A stretch of DNA of 64,000 nt from Acanthaster planci (lineage: Eukaryota), in assembly GCF_001949145.1 (NCBI RefSeq), contig NW_019091355.1, positions 3,640,646 through 3,704,645 of the forward strand, given 5' to 3'. The first letter of the stretch is position 1. Each line of letters opens with the position of its first letter. The notes under the pieces were generated by a model. It was not told the origin of the DNA, ran no database searches, and saw only the letters and a list, made by a program, of their open reading frames with translations. Shown in pieces: positions 24,201-38,900 of the stretch. The position numbers and the translations under genes were made by a program.

Positions 24201-27200
24201 ACTGAGGAATTCCACTCTTAAAAAATTTTTTCCAGCGTTATGATAAGTCTTTAATTGTTACGTTGCCTGCATCAGTTTTAAATTAGATTTACATGCCTTT
24301 TCTGTTCCTACAGATGCAAACACCTAAACCTTACTACGCTTCCTTGGCCAGTCAGCATCAATAGACAGACACATGTAGCCGCCACGCACCGGTATATTGT
24401 AACGGTACATGTACATCTACAGTACATACATGTACAGTATATTTTTGTCCATAAGAATGCGATTCCTATTATAAGTCATTGTAGAACCCGTTCACAACAG
24501 TGACCACACAAAGTTTGTTAACTGTGCACCACAAACAAGACAGAAATGAGGTCAGAAAATCAAAAACAAAAAACTCTAAGTAGCCATGCACACGGGGGCA
24601 TTTTGCGTTGCAGTATCCCTCTTTGAATAAGACAAAGACTGCCCTCTACTGTCAGCACAACTCCCAGGTAACAATTCCCTCCCCCCATCCCAACAATCAC
24701 CACTCCGCTATTTTCAACACGTTACTCACGCACGCCTAGCCACTGGCTGCCAAACCCATCACCCCGCATTAACTTGATTAAAGATTTGAGCTTCGTGTCT
24801 TGACATTCAATGGGGCCAGCCAGACAACCACAAGAAACAGACGAAGAGAGGGGAACACACACACAGAGAAATTTGTAACTGGTGGGAGGGGTATTCCTCC
24901 CAAGCCAATTATACATCTTTGGCATTGTTTGTCACGACCAATTTAATCACAATTAGAAAAGTGCATTTTCACATCGGCTGCCTCCCTCCCCTATGACAGC
25001 GCAAGACATGAACCAAGAGGTGGATTTACAAGCGATCTCTCTGCCCTTCAGATCTACCCCTTTTCTGATGGGTGGGGGTAGGCGGGGGAGGGGGATTTAG
25101 GAGTGGCTGCTTCTGACAAGAACATTTCACCGCTGACTGAATGCTGACATACTACCTGGCACGCACGAGTGAGCAAGCATAACTGGAGTGGTGGCACGGC
25201 GGGCAGTTATGTCGCACATTAATCACGGCGATAGGTACGATTAAAATATCAGTAACTCTGCACATCCAACATGGCCGTCTCTTCACCTAATCCCTTAATG
25301 CATCACCACTGCAGCATGCAATTTACCACTTGCTTGAGTATGGGGAACTTGTGTGAATAGGATCTGCTCTTTTGATGCCACAGTTGTGTTTCTCCAACCA
25401 GAGGCCGTCAGTGCAAAAGTAAAAAGATAATTCACAAAATAGTAATAAAAATCCCATGCAGTTATCAGAACTCGAGATAATAATGCACAGACTGCTAAAT
25501 ACTAAATAAATGAAAATACAACCCTATTATTTATAACCAATGGGACAATTGTCCATTTTGAATGAATTGGAGGTAAAATCGAAAACCAACCAAAAGGTGG
25601 TATATATGCAGACTTGGCCTGCCCATACAAGTTGTAGGCAAAACAAGAGTGGACTATTCAAATGACTGTGCATGACTGAATGGACACATGCTATTTTATT
25701 AAAGGAAAAAGTTGCATTCTACATTGAATCTTCTGTCAAAAAGGGAGACGCACTCAGAGAGATAGATGAGCCAGATATAGCTATGCAGTAACGGCAAAGT
25801 TCATTTGGTTTAAATTTTTTAAGAGTGAACTAGTTTGTCCTCAAATTGAATCTCTCTGTCTGCTGGAGATTGTCTTTTTCTTCAATTTTTCTCAGGCGTC
25901 ATGGTTGGTGCGCTCATTACGTCTGCTCAGTGGGCTCCGACTGATTTGTTGGTAAATCTCGTAGCCAACGTTAATCAACCCAGACAGGCGCAAAAAGGCA
26001 CTGTAAGCCATGCCGTCTGTGCTGCTTTCCGACCCTGCGAGGTGGGAGCAACACATCACGAGTGCCCATCCAGAAATGAGTGAGAAGTGTCTCATCTTGT
26101 TCTACACATACGCTAGCCGGGAATTTTCTGGAGTTAATTTTTCTGTCGCTGTTGGAAGCTCTGCCTGACAAAAAATGTAGTGCCGTCTATTTGCATTCTC
26201 ATGAGTCAATGTCCCGGACAACGCGTAGATCCTAACTCGATAACCACACCTTCCAAAGCTCTCTCTGATGATGTGCGCTGAGAAAAACAATTCTGTGCCT
26301 TGTTCTAATAAAGGGTAGGAAATTGGCAATACCGTCCTACAAGGAGGAATGGGGGCAGAAAAGAAAGGAAATGAATCAAATATGTGGGAAATAGAAAATC
26401 GGAGAAGACTCTGATAGACAGGGAACAGGATAATGGCAGAGAAATACTGGACATTTAAAAACAACGCATGCAAAATGTGGATGGGGAGGAATGGACATAG
26501 GGTCTTTTCAAATTTGGTTTAGTCTGCAAAAGTAATGTAACTCTACTTTTACGATTAAAAGCTGAAGAAACTTATTTCAGATTGAAGTACTCTTGGGGAA
26601 AATCCCTAGACTATTAAGCATTATTTATACTTGGCTCTTAAACAGCACCCATGGCAGACATGAGGAACAAAGACATTCGGAAGTGACGGAGAAGATGAAT
26701 AGAGTGTACAAGAAACCATAAGCGAAAGAAGAAATGGAAAGCAGAATCTGGTGAGGACTAGGAAAATAGAAAATGCAGTGGAGGTCCACCGCAATGAAAA
26801 TCTTGGCCAAGTCAGTAGTCAGATATCTGACCTTGAACAGAAGCACAGCCCCTTTTCTCGGTGGCTACGGGATCACAACGCAAGCATTTCTCAGTCGTTT
26901 GTGAACCCGCCGAAGTGCGCTGTCCACCAAAGGAGCTGCTGCTGCTTTTTGAAAATTGTGCCCTCTCTTGGTCGTGCTTAGGGCTCATACTGGTAGTCCA
27001 GCCTAGAGTTCCAACGGTTCACTGATGCTTGTTATATTGTTTTTTACAAGAGTAGACGGGTGGGTGGCATGTATCAAATTGTATACAACTGCAGTTTGAT
27101 CAACCAATACTGTACCGAGGATGGTCCAGCCAACTTCAGCATTTTGATATCATGTATTCATGACGGAGGCACGACAAACTTCGTAAAAATATTGCTTGGT

Positions 27201-30200
27201 ACATGTATTTCTCGGTGGGGGAAGTTGACTGCTAACTACCGGTAGTAGTTAGCAGTCAACGCTAAGCAATTAATTTTTGTTCCATGCTCAGCATAATTTT
27301 GAGTTAAGAGCAAGGTGAGGGGAAAAAATAGATAAAATGAGTATAAGACATTGTAATGGAAATCAATCAAAGAATGAGAATACAGAACCAAAGTGAGTGG
27401 ATTCCAAAATGATGTGAAATTAACGGCGAACACATATTTTCAATCTGGGCACACTGCCGCTTCCCCATCCCCATAAAAAAAAAGATGCAAGGGACAGTAT
27501 TCATCTCCACCTTCCATGACGAAGGGAATCTTCTGAGTGACAAACTCCAGTTTCCCCCCCCCCCCGCTGCGCCGTCTCCGCAGGTGTGCCCCTTTAAATG
27601 ACCAAAAGGTCCCGCCAAAGCAAACGCCAAAGCAAACATCAACCCGCTGCATCTAGGTCACCAAAGCCATTTATTTTTTTTCCTCCTTGGCAGCCAAGGT
27701 TGCATCCATACTATTCCAGGGAGAAGCCTTCCCCGAGAAAATGCTTCCCATTGTTGACTAAAGGGAGAACCGTTCTCCCGGGGGGAAAATGAAAACAGCT
27801 GAGAAACTCACTTCCTCCGTTGTGGCTATGTTTTGGCAGATAAAAAGCAGGGATACTCTTCAGAACATGGAGCTGAGACATACATTTTAACAGCTGTTGT
27901 GAAACTTTATGAAATTTTTTTTTTTATAAGCTGTCGAATCAATTTTTCTGGAACCAGGTATGTTTCAAGAAGGAAAAACGATAAAAACAAACGCTGTTTG
28001 TGTTCAACTACAAAAAAATAAAGACAATTTTTCCACTCCCACACAACAAATGAGATCCCTGCATGAACTTTTGAACTATTTTATTTTGATTCACATGTGT
28101 AAACACAGATGAACACCCCTGTTTCCAGATGACCAAGCCAAATCTCACCTTTATTCTATGTTTCCTTCTAACTACATGAGACACAGACATATCCCACTGA
28201 TGCTGCCTTAAACTGGTATATCCAAGGTTCAATCTTGGGTGTATAGACACGCAGAAATCAAGATCTTGTGAGTGATCCCAGCTGGTTTGGGTCCAACTGG
28301 AGGGACTGTCGCATGCATGTCCTCAGGCAGGACACTTTGAAACAAATCTTCTTTCCGGGATGCCATCGCTAGCTACTGATTTCACAGATCTGATTCATCA
28401 GAAGGCCGTGTACAAATACATGTAAGCCTGATCAGTATGGGATGATAAATTACTCCTGTACATGTAGCACCTTGGGTGCATACCAAAAATCATTGGTATG
28501 CACTGTGCAAAAAGACATTGTAATTATCAATAGCTTTTTCTGTTAAAAAGGATTCATGGACTGGAATTTTCAATCGTTCATCAACAATACTCATAATCAT
28601 TCTTACTAGCTCAATCCACAGGGGTCAAGGGTCAAGTACCCCAATTCCTGGGATTTCCAACTAAATAGTCATTTGCATTTTCTTCACCAAAGTTCCCATT
28701 TCCATTCACAGATCAGCTTGGACAAGCTGTAAAAAAAACTGGTTTTGCTGTTGAACAGTGAAGACCACGGAAATCAGGAATTTGGAATCACACCGACAAA
28801 GCCATGTGGTTTCCCTGAAAGCAACAACATTTATTTACAATGAAAGCATCAGATGGGTCACATAAAGCTTCACCATCTTTAAACCCGCCGACTCGAAAAC
28901 ACACGCCCAAAATGTGGCAGAAATCTGTACACCAGCAGAGTCTTACAGACTCCTGACAAAGTATTAGCTCTTAATTCTAGCTAAGAATTCTGGTTGCAGT
29001 TTTTTTTTTGGGGGGGGTTAGGGAAGGAAGGAGAGGTTGAGGTCATGATGACATACAAGTGAGTTTTTTCAAACAGGACACCAGAAAAGCCAGATGCTTC
29101 TCCGCTAATGTTCTGCAAAATAATAATAATTGGCATCTCTATCTCTCTCTTTCGACACGGCCCCGACGTCAGATGGAATTTTGATTTCAGGTCCCCCCAA
29201 AGGATTTCGGAATGATCAGGGCCAGCCCAGACGGATGATTATTTCAAGCATGTTGATGGGAGAGGACACTGACTACTGTATTACAATTTTAAGAGCACAA
29301 GTACACACCAGAGCAGTGCACAGAATTCTAACATCAACACTGGCTGGTACAAACCAATGCGCAAGAGAGCAGAGAGGTTCAATCAAACAGTGATTTCTTT
29401 TTCTCCCGCAAAGCTTTCCATTTTTTTTTCGGTCAAGCATAGCTGGAGGAACGGATGCAGTGGTGGGCAAAAGCAGATTAGGCTCTACATCCTGCTTGCA
29501 GAATCTCTACTTCTGAGGAAAGTGCTGGGAGACACAACCACACTGGGTTTTCCCTTCAATCCCTCGTGAAGTTCGGTCCATCCGACTTTTCTACCCCCAA
29601 AGCTTAATCGCTCCCTTGCAATGCACACCTGCAGTTCCCTCATCGTACGTAGTTTTGATTTGCAATCGGCGGAGCTCCTCCGTTTGGCAGCAATTTGAGT
29701 GAACAATTGTAAAGCAAAGGTCACACAAGAGCCCTCGTACTGATACCCCACCGATAGCAAAGGAGTGTGATTTCCCAGCAAACTGTCCAACGATGTAGTG
29801 CGACACGCAGTGTCTTCACTGTCCAATCCAAATCTGTTTCAGAATGGTCCAACAAGCAAAAATAAAACTGGTGAACCAGCTTGTAACACATATCCTCCAG
29901 AGAACAGACATACTTTGTTCACTGTGAAAGTACCGGTACCACAGTGCACCTCCGCTAAAATCTAACTGTCTTTTTCTAACAGGTTCTTTTGAATAGCATC
30001 TGTTTAATGGGTCAAGTTTCTAATGTCTTTCCAATGGCAGGCAGGGAGGCAAATTTATGCCACCACGCATGCCGGACAGTGAGAACCGATTTAAACACTG
30101 ATACTTTTTTGCCTGAAATGAACCCGCAGCTGCGCACTGGTTGATAGCTATCAACTATCGCACATTGAGAAAATGGTGGCCTTTAGAGTGTGAATGTCTG

Positions 30201-30336
30201 CATAAGATGCCAGCACAGAAAAGTATCATTTGTCAGGAAAATGTAATCGACTTCCTGAACCCATTAATTTCAGCACAGACAAAAACACAAAGAGACATTG
30301 TACCAGTACATGTATGCAGTCTCACACACACAAAGC

Positions 30337-30515
30337 CAATACGGCCGTTTCACAATAGGGGGGCCTCCATGAGTTTGCAACGCGTTGGCCAATCACAACG
30401 CTCGAAATTTGTCGACCCTTTCTAAACGTGCATTGGGTCGACAACTTTCGCGCATTGTGATTGGTCAACGCGTTGCAAACTCTTGGTGGCACACTATTGT
30501 GAAACAGCCGTATTG
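30337..30515. mobile_element. Palindromic MITE, family A copy 2
   Basis: Termini caatacggccgtttcacaatag...ctattgtgaaacagccgtattg; shares gcaacgcgttggccaatcacaacgc and the central segment with 16531-16708. Confidence 0.9.
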
Positions 30516-32826
30516 ATACATTTTATTCAATTCCCCGCTGCATGTGGGAGAGCGTTCACTACTAGCCGTTCCAACGACTTGCATACACAGTGTTTTTAAA
30601 TGACACAATGAGCCAATCAGAGGCAATGATACCAAGGGGCTGCTGATTGGCATCAAACTTTAGGTCCACTGGGAATGATGTCGTGCAAAATTGTTCACTA
30701 AATCTGCATGCCCAGGTCTACCGTAAATGCATAAAGGCTAAGTAAAACGAACAATCTCTTAAAACAAAAAGAAACGCATTCCCGCTACATGATTTCGGTT
30801 GACAACAAAGAGGTTTTTTTGGTGACTTAAAGAGCGCAAGCACCGTCTGAGTCCTGAGTCCTAAGTGTCCCGAAACACAACGAATAAAAACAAAGGGAGG
30901 GGAGACAGACAGAGAAAGAACAAACGAAACCCCCTATCCCTACTCCCCCACAAATAGGATTTGGTACAGGTTGATTGGCTCTGGCTCTTTGGTGGAGTTT
31001 TTAACTGAGGCACATCTTGCTTTTGCAACCTGTTTCTCATGGAGTTTGAATGCATTTCCCCCCTCCCCCCGTTGGTGGACTTAACATCACTTAAATTAAT
31101 CAGACTCTGAGCTGGAATAGACAAAATGGAGTCGTTTCCATCAAAGAAATGAAAGGGGTTACTGTTTGCGTGAACTACATTTCGCCCGTGAAAGGTCTGG
31201 CTTTTTTGCCTCAGTCCTTTTTGGGCTTCAAGATGTAAAAGAGGAATTCCAGAAATTAGGGGTCCATTTCTCTGGTGTCCCTGTCACATCTGACATATAA
31301 TTTTGTAAGTTCAGAACACATTTTCTAATTTCCAAGGGTGACAAATTAATGCAAATTACCTTCAAAACAAATAGTAATACTTTGAAATCAATTCCGGTGA
31401 TATTTCCATGTCAAATAACACAGCTCAGATGAAGCAGGGATGTGAAAATGTCACACTTTCGGACCCAAATTTCAAATTTTTCCCCAAAAAAAGGGGGGGG
31501 GGGAAAGACCCAAGTCCAATTGGAAACTTCTGAGGGAATCGTTGTAAGGACAACCAACCTGTTAAGCCGATCATCAAACTCACTTTTGGAATCAAGTGCT
31601 GAGCAGCTGTTTTGGCATTCCTATTCTTCATTCCCAAACCACTCCACTGGCCTGTGACCTAGAAGATTGGACCACATGTACTTGTTTCATGCCCCAACAA
31701 CTTTGTCACATCATGATTGTCCATATTCTCTGCGGCTCGCCATAAACTAGGCCAAAGCCAATTTTCCCTCGTCCGAGCGCAATTCCCCGAGACGACGCAT
31801 TTCGGAGGCAAGCCTGGCCAACCAGACGACTGAGACTACTCACAGCTTTTCTCTCCTGACCCCCTCCTCTCATCCTACCCTCCCCACTCTGATTGTTTCC
31901 CCCGCTTGTGGTGCAGGCCAATTAAAAATTAAAACTGGGACTGGAGGGAAGGGGGCAGGAAGGTTGAAGGTGGTGGCGACAATGACCCAGGCGACCAACC
32001 GACCAACTGATATTGCCCGACCAAGTCTCGTCTGACTGACTTGGCAGAGGTGGCGATTCCTGGGGGGGAGGAGGCCACAATTGCATTTGTTTCATCCGAC
32101 TTCAGCCAGCCCCGGGCCGCGGGGGTTGCCCTGGCTGTGATCCTCCTCATCATCGTCGTTGCAAAGTGTCAGTTGTCCTAGTGTGGCTCATCTGACGAGG
32201 TGACTCAGACAATCAGCCACGGTGACTGATGGGATACCACCGAATCCCATTGTTTTGCAGTCCTATGGTGGTGCAAGGCTGTCATTTCGATCTTCAATGA
32301 AACCCATCACTGCCGTGAGTACTTTCCACCAGTGATGGAGTGCGAGTAATTTTCCATGAGTACGAGTACTACAACGCTAGTAGAAGTGAAATTAATTTAC
32401 CAAAACGAGATGAAAGGTTTATCTAGCAAAACTTGTTAAATATGTACAAGTTCTGGATTTAAAACAGTCGGTGTACAAATTACCAGTAATAGCATGCACA
32501 ATACAGTGTGTTCATAACAATCCACTAAGTAATAACACGCTTTAGCCACTCATACCCCATTACAAACATTGAACCGACAGGGACGCAACTTCACTTGAGT
32601 TTTCATTGGCATATTGGTGGTTGAGTTATTTTTTATTTTACACATGATGCTTTATCAATGAACAACTGTGGGAATTGTAAACCGAAGTAAAACTGCTGCA
32701 GTGTACATTTTAAAAACATGTAAAAACATGTACATGTGAAAAAAAAACAGCAACAGGTACATGTACACATCTGTACAGGTCTGAAAAAAAGGATACTTCA
32801 CATGTATGTCACCTTCAACCTAACAC

Positions 32827-32984
32827 CAGACCTGTTAACCTTGCCGTACTCCTTCCTGAGGTCAGGCATTACCACACAATAGATTAAAAGGTATTTAAAT
32901 AAGCCTTCAGTTCATTTAAAATTTTTAATCTACTGTGTGGCAATGCCTGACCTCAGGACGGGGTACGGCATGTTGGCAGGTCTG
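32827..32984. mobile_element. Hairpin MITE with CAGACCTG termini and 6-bp TSD (TAACAC)
   Basis: About 70-bp imperfect inverted arms (cagacctg...tcctgaggtcaggcatt.ccacaca.tagattaaaa). TAACAC directly flanks both ends (32821-32826 and 32985-32990). Confidence 0.9.
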
Positions 32985-35900
32985 TAACACTTGTCATAAA
33001 TGTCTCACCGAAAAAAGATCTTTCTAAATGGCATAAAAGTACAGTGTTCCATAAGCACTCGAAATAAAGAGTGCACATGCATGTGTGATGCAACGAAATC
33101 CAGATCAAGGGGAAAAAAATCTACTGACACATATCCAATGACTCCAGCACTCAGACGGATGCCAGGAATACGACGAATTACCAAAACTGATCTGGGATAA
33201 TCCCCTGTGCAATGCCAACCCCCTACTACAATGCCAACTGGAAAACAAGCCCCTTCGGGATAAGCGTGTAACCCCCAACCGAGCACCACCCCATTTTTCC
33301 ACCTCGCCCTTTGTGCACCTCTCAGCAGATGTCAATCCTGACACAAAAACCCAAGACAAACCTCCACTGCACCAATCACTCCGCATGAAGGGGACCGGCC
33401 GTCACCCCTCCTTGTCTTGTACAATACCACTTGGCTACACCTAGATACTCAAGGGGGCGCAGAAGCTGCCACGTCCATTGTTAGTTCACTACACTTTGTT
33501 CAAAGAGCAGACGAGTGTCCTCTGTTGTGGGACCCACCAGAAATGTGCCAGGGGCCGTTTTCTCTCTTTTTTCCCCCTCTCAACTGACATGAATTTCAAT
33601 CAGGTTTGATAAATTTTGTCGCACTCTTGATCACCACCAAAGCACAAACTCATCAGCAATTATAACCAGGGCAAACGAGACACATCAACAAGAAACTATT
33701 GAAAGGTTTGTGAAAAAGGCCTGAACTAATTAGGATGGACTCATTCACGTTACGATTCAGTTTTTCCTCTGAATAAATGTTGGTTAATGTAAAACATCAA
33801 CTCCCAAATACTGCAAGTTTGTCACGTGATTTTCCTATAAACACTGCTTAGAGAAAAAAAGAGAGAAAGAGAAGAATAATTTGAGTTTTCCTTTTCTCGT
33901 ATCCCCTCACCCCATCAGGGACCACATACCCAGACAGTTCAATTACTGACCCACGTTTAATTCAGTTAGCATTATTTACGCTCGCATCGTCCGCCCTCCG
34001 AGGATCGATACAAACCCGGTCAAAATTCTGCTGCTGCTTTCCCCCCTCCCCTTCTTTTATTTTTATCTCTCACCCCTACATCTAACCCACCCCCCCCCTT
34101 CTCTCCTCCGACGTTATGTTATCTTCTCTCACCCGTTTCCTAACACTATTGCACAATCCCCCGCCGGCTATGTAAAGCCGACCAACCAATAATTTGAAAC
34201 AGGCAGGGTGATGGTGGATGGGGCCTCAGAACAAGGAAGGTGGCTTGGGCCGATGACGGCTGTCACCAAGCGCTGTCTAATCAGAAAGCTTGATCTCCAA
34301 TGCCTGGTCAAATCTCCTATTTTTCTTTGCCCTCTCCTTTCCCTGATAAAATAGTGGATTCAAATCACACAAGATCAAGCCAAAACCTTCTGCATAGAGA
34401 AGGTGACAAGAGCGACCCACGCACGAAACCCCCCCCCCACCTAAGCCGTGACAGACTCAGCACAACCACATGCATTTCCCACCCCTGTCCTACATTTATT
34501 CCCTTTTCGGCCCATTTACAGTCATTTACAACGAGAAGGTGGTGCCAGGCCCAACCCAATGACCCAATTTATCAAAGATCTTGTCCTGGGTTCAGTTGTA
34601 CTCATTTGCTGACGCACACTATCAGAGCAATCCAGAGGCTGATTTCAATCTTAAGACCCAACACTGCGAAGACCCTGACCGGCACTATTAAGTGTCCATA
34701 CTAACAAGTGCCTTTTCCGACCTGATACCCTCCCCCCTCCCCCGATAAACCCTCTCCCAAACGCAGCACACATCTCGCCAAGAACATGTACATCAGAGAG
34801 GGGACCCATGCGCTTCCCCAAGAAATGAAACAACCATGACTGGGCCTGTGTAAAGCCGATTCGCATGCGGCGCCCTCAGGCCAAATGATATCATTCCATT
34901 CTACCCCAGCAAACACCCCCCCCACCTCCCTTTCAGTTTTTCCCCCTACTCCTGCTCTTCGTGACAAGGACCACCGTAGGATGCAGTCCACGCAAAATCC
35001 ACCTGCCTCTCCGATTTTTTTTTTTCTCTCTCTCTCTCTCTCTTTCCCTGTCCTCCCCACTCTTGTTGAGTCATTGTACTTTTCATTGTGTCTGACCGTC
35101 AAGGCGCACGGGTACGAGCGTGGACAGGGTACTGACTGGCAGACACAGGCTGCTCAGGAAAAGGAGAAGAGAGGCGAGGATTAAAAAAAAAAAAGTCGGG
35201 TAAATCAGCAGAAAGATAAACAACGGACGTGCGGACATAAATCCTCCGTGTCACTCTGCCACTGCACTTGACTTTTCATTTTGATCTACTCGGAAGACCA
35301 ATCCTGACCCCATTCACCTGCTTCCCACACGCTAATTATGATTACAAAGGAGGTGAGGCGAAAGCTGGTGTTTGGCGTCGCGAGTCACAATTTTTTATGA
35401 TTCTTTGTCTAACCACACGATCCCTACTATATATACACCAATAAAATGGATTTCTTCTTGAATTTACAAAAGCGGGAAGCTCGGGACTTATCACTGTCCC
35501 GTGTGGTGAACTTGGCATTTACAGCTCTCCAAATATCTGACAGTGGCTTTGCAAGTATTTGAGGAAATGTTAATGGACACAGAGAAGCCTACATGTGCAA
35601 CGCAGGACATCCACCTACACAAATAAATGTTCACTGCAATTTCATATTCTTGAGCAGATGTTCATCAAATTTACAACAAACAAGGGTATTGTATGTACGA
35701 TGCAGACTGCCAATATATCCATGCATCGTGTAAAGAACGTCGGCTCCTTACAATTAACCTTCTCCTTACTCCATCTCAGCCCTGTTTCATATGGAAAGAC
35801 ACCTTTTTTTTCCTGGACAAATAATTGGCACTGCTTAAGATCAACAGCAAAAATACGAACCCCTTCGATTCTTCCGACCAAAATACACAAAAATGTACCC

Positions 35901-38900
35901 CCAGGCCCTCACTAATGAATAGACCAACGGTGAAAAAAAAAGACTTCTTATTCAGCTAGAAATTATTGGCCTGCTGTGGTAGAAATTTCTTCCCCTTTTT
36001 TTTTTTTTTGGGAAGAGACCCTGAGGGGTAATGCACTAATCATTCTCTTGTCGTCGGTTTATTCAGCAGTACCATCAGAGAAAACAGTCCCCAAGAGGTT
36101 CTTGTTTAGCCCGCTGGATGTGGGAAGACTAGGGAGGATTAAAAAAACCCTAAATTTATTATAAAATCAGGTGGAATTGCTAACGGGGTAGTCTCCAAGA
36201 TTTACTTTTTAAGTTTTTCACGTAACAAGTCATCAGCACCATGGAAAAACATTAGAAACTACCGACAAAGCTCTCTTTGGACTCCAGATTTCTCCAACAA
36301 AGTTCTTTGTTCTCTTCTTCTTCCATCTTTGTCTGTGCAGTAAACACAGTCCATTTCACGAGTTTTTCAATAGGCAATTTAAAAACCATTCCTTCCATCG
36401 TCTTCAGCAGACACTCCCGCCAATCCAATCAGTCCTCCTCAGTTGAAGCCTCAAGTAGCCATGCCACAACAGAAATTTTGTGTCTGTGTTGCACCCACTG
36501 TACTAGATAAGAGACAGGTGATGGTCCACTCTTAACAAGAAGACAAACATTTCGGTGTTCTGGTCGGGAGCCACAAGGCTTACACCAAGAAACATTTTTG
36601 CTGCAGAGTGCCACCAGACCAAAAACTTCATAAATGTCAGGATTTGAGTGAGACATGCATGTCAGAACTGAAAAAAAAACCCCAAAAGCCCAAACCGTAC
36701 CGGAGAAGAGAACCCTGCACGCTGACAAAATCTGCAAGTTTGATGTGATTTGTGTCTCTCTTAAGCTCAGAAAAGTGCTACAAACCAAACATGGGAGGCC
36801 CAGGCCCTGTTAATCCACACTGATCGCCCTCAATCACAGACACTTAATCATCAGCACCCCCAATCCACTCATCCATCTTTCCTTTTTTTCACCCTCCTCT
36901 CTTGTGTACAAGAAGCTTGTTATGCTGGCTTAGATAAACCATTCCCTTTCACCACTTCTTCAAGTTTTACAGCACAGGAGACAGATGCACCCTAGGCGAC
37001 TCTGTCAGTGGAGTGACTACTGATCCCTGCTAATGGCGATTGAGTACAAATTCCCACTGAACGACGCACGCAGAGAGAGGTGAAACCTCAAACAATAGAC
37101 ATTCATGTGGAAGTACCGAGGGCCAAACATGAACTTCGATCGCAATTTACTGCATGAATGTATTACTATCAAATCTACCTATTGATCTGAAGTCATTTCA
37201 GCACAATGATCAAAAAATTCATGGTGGGGAGGAACCAGACAGCTCTAAAATCACCCCAAAACACCAACAATGCAAAATTAATGAAATGTTATGTGAAGAG
37301 GGCTCAGATACAACTTCGTGCATGCCAAGATTAAAAATGAAAACAGGACAAAACACAAAGGCAGAAGGACGACTAGAATGCAGTCAGTAGATGACCTCTT
37401 TAACTGGCAGGTTACTACTCTAATTACAGAGCTGGACCAATATGCTGTGGACATCTCCAAAAGAGCAAAACAAGTATGGAACACTGCTAATCTGGAACTG
37501 CTGTGGGCCACTGTCTGTGTGTTAACAATGCAAGCCTCGGGGGTGGAAACTATTCAGACACCTTTTGGAAACCATATTTGAATAACTTCATTCATGTGGA
37601 CGAACTTGCTATGCAGGAGCCCGTGTTGGAGACACGCACAACCTGCAGACTGCTGCAAGAGTCACCGAAATGCATTCTAGGTGCTTGGTGATCTTCTGTC
37701 TCTACAATATCGGGATGGAATTGCTCGCCGGCACTTCCGCTGTCCCTGGTTTGGTGCTGAACTTCATGCAAACGCTGCAAGCTGTTGTTGCCTGAACGTT
37801 GACAGAGCTACAGGTGCTGCGTGTGCTTTTTCAAAGAGATTCTTTTTAAAAAAATTTATTCGTACACTTTGACAGTATTTTAGATTTTCTGACATTGCTC
37901 AAGCTACTCATGGGGGGTTAAACAGGCATTGATGGTTCTATTTGATTGCTTTATCATGGTTCTTGACCTCGGTTGGAGTGTCTGCAGCCCTCTCTGCTAC
38001 ATAACCTCTGTTTCTGCTGCAAGTTCAATGCAGGATTTTGTAAAAGTAGCCACATCTAACATACAAACGAACTGAAAGCACAAAGCCCCCAAGTCCTTCC
38101 AGATCTTCCCTTCAACCCTTCTTCCTAATAGCCAGCCATTTTAACTCCCCTCCAAACATAAACAGTACATGGCTCACACCAAAGATCCTTCGAGTTGAAA
38201 AAGAAAAGAATTAGATATATTTAGAATAATAATAACCACTATCCGAAACAAAAACCCTCTCAAGCGATTCACACTAGAGGAGCGTGAGTTTACATGATAA
38301 ATGCCCACTTAGGGTGCAATAAAACCTGGTACTGTAGGAGTTCAATGTTCACACTGCACACCATTAATCAAAAGGTGGCTTCCTCGATCTGAGTGTCCTA
38401 CAGGAACTGCCGGAGATAATGCACGCGCGGCGAGCACAAATTTATTTTCCATTTTGGTTAAATATAAAATGCCCACTTATTGGCTGCTGTGTGTTCAAGT
38501 CCAGTGCAACCGGAAAAAAAAAAAAAAAGGCAGAAAAAAATTCTTAATTTTCACACTCCAATCTCCTTCCTCTTGACACTCCCCCCTCCCCCCCAAAAAA
38601 CCCCTGCGCTCGAAGGGGGTGAGATGGAATGACCTAGTGTCGGATGAACTTTTTTGAATGGGGGAATGAAATATTGCGCCTATGCACTCCAAAAGAAAAT
38701 TCACACTTTGGGGGGGTGAGGTGTTGACATAATGGGGAAGCTCAATGCTGCTCTATTGATTCCAGAGTGCGAGAAATAATGTACCCACTGACTCGAGTGT
38801 CTCCATTTCTTCATGCCAATTACTAATGCCCACATTAACCTTTCATGAGGGTTCGCTGTGGATGCTTTCAAGCCCAAAAATTGGTAAATGCTGTTCCATT

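Noticed and set aside
36429..36788. WCKPC motif as a C-clamp exon
   Set aside because: It lies upstream of the HMG exons and lacks KKCRARFG and RRKKKC; coincidental.
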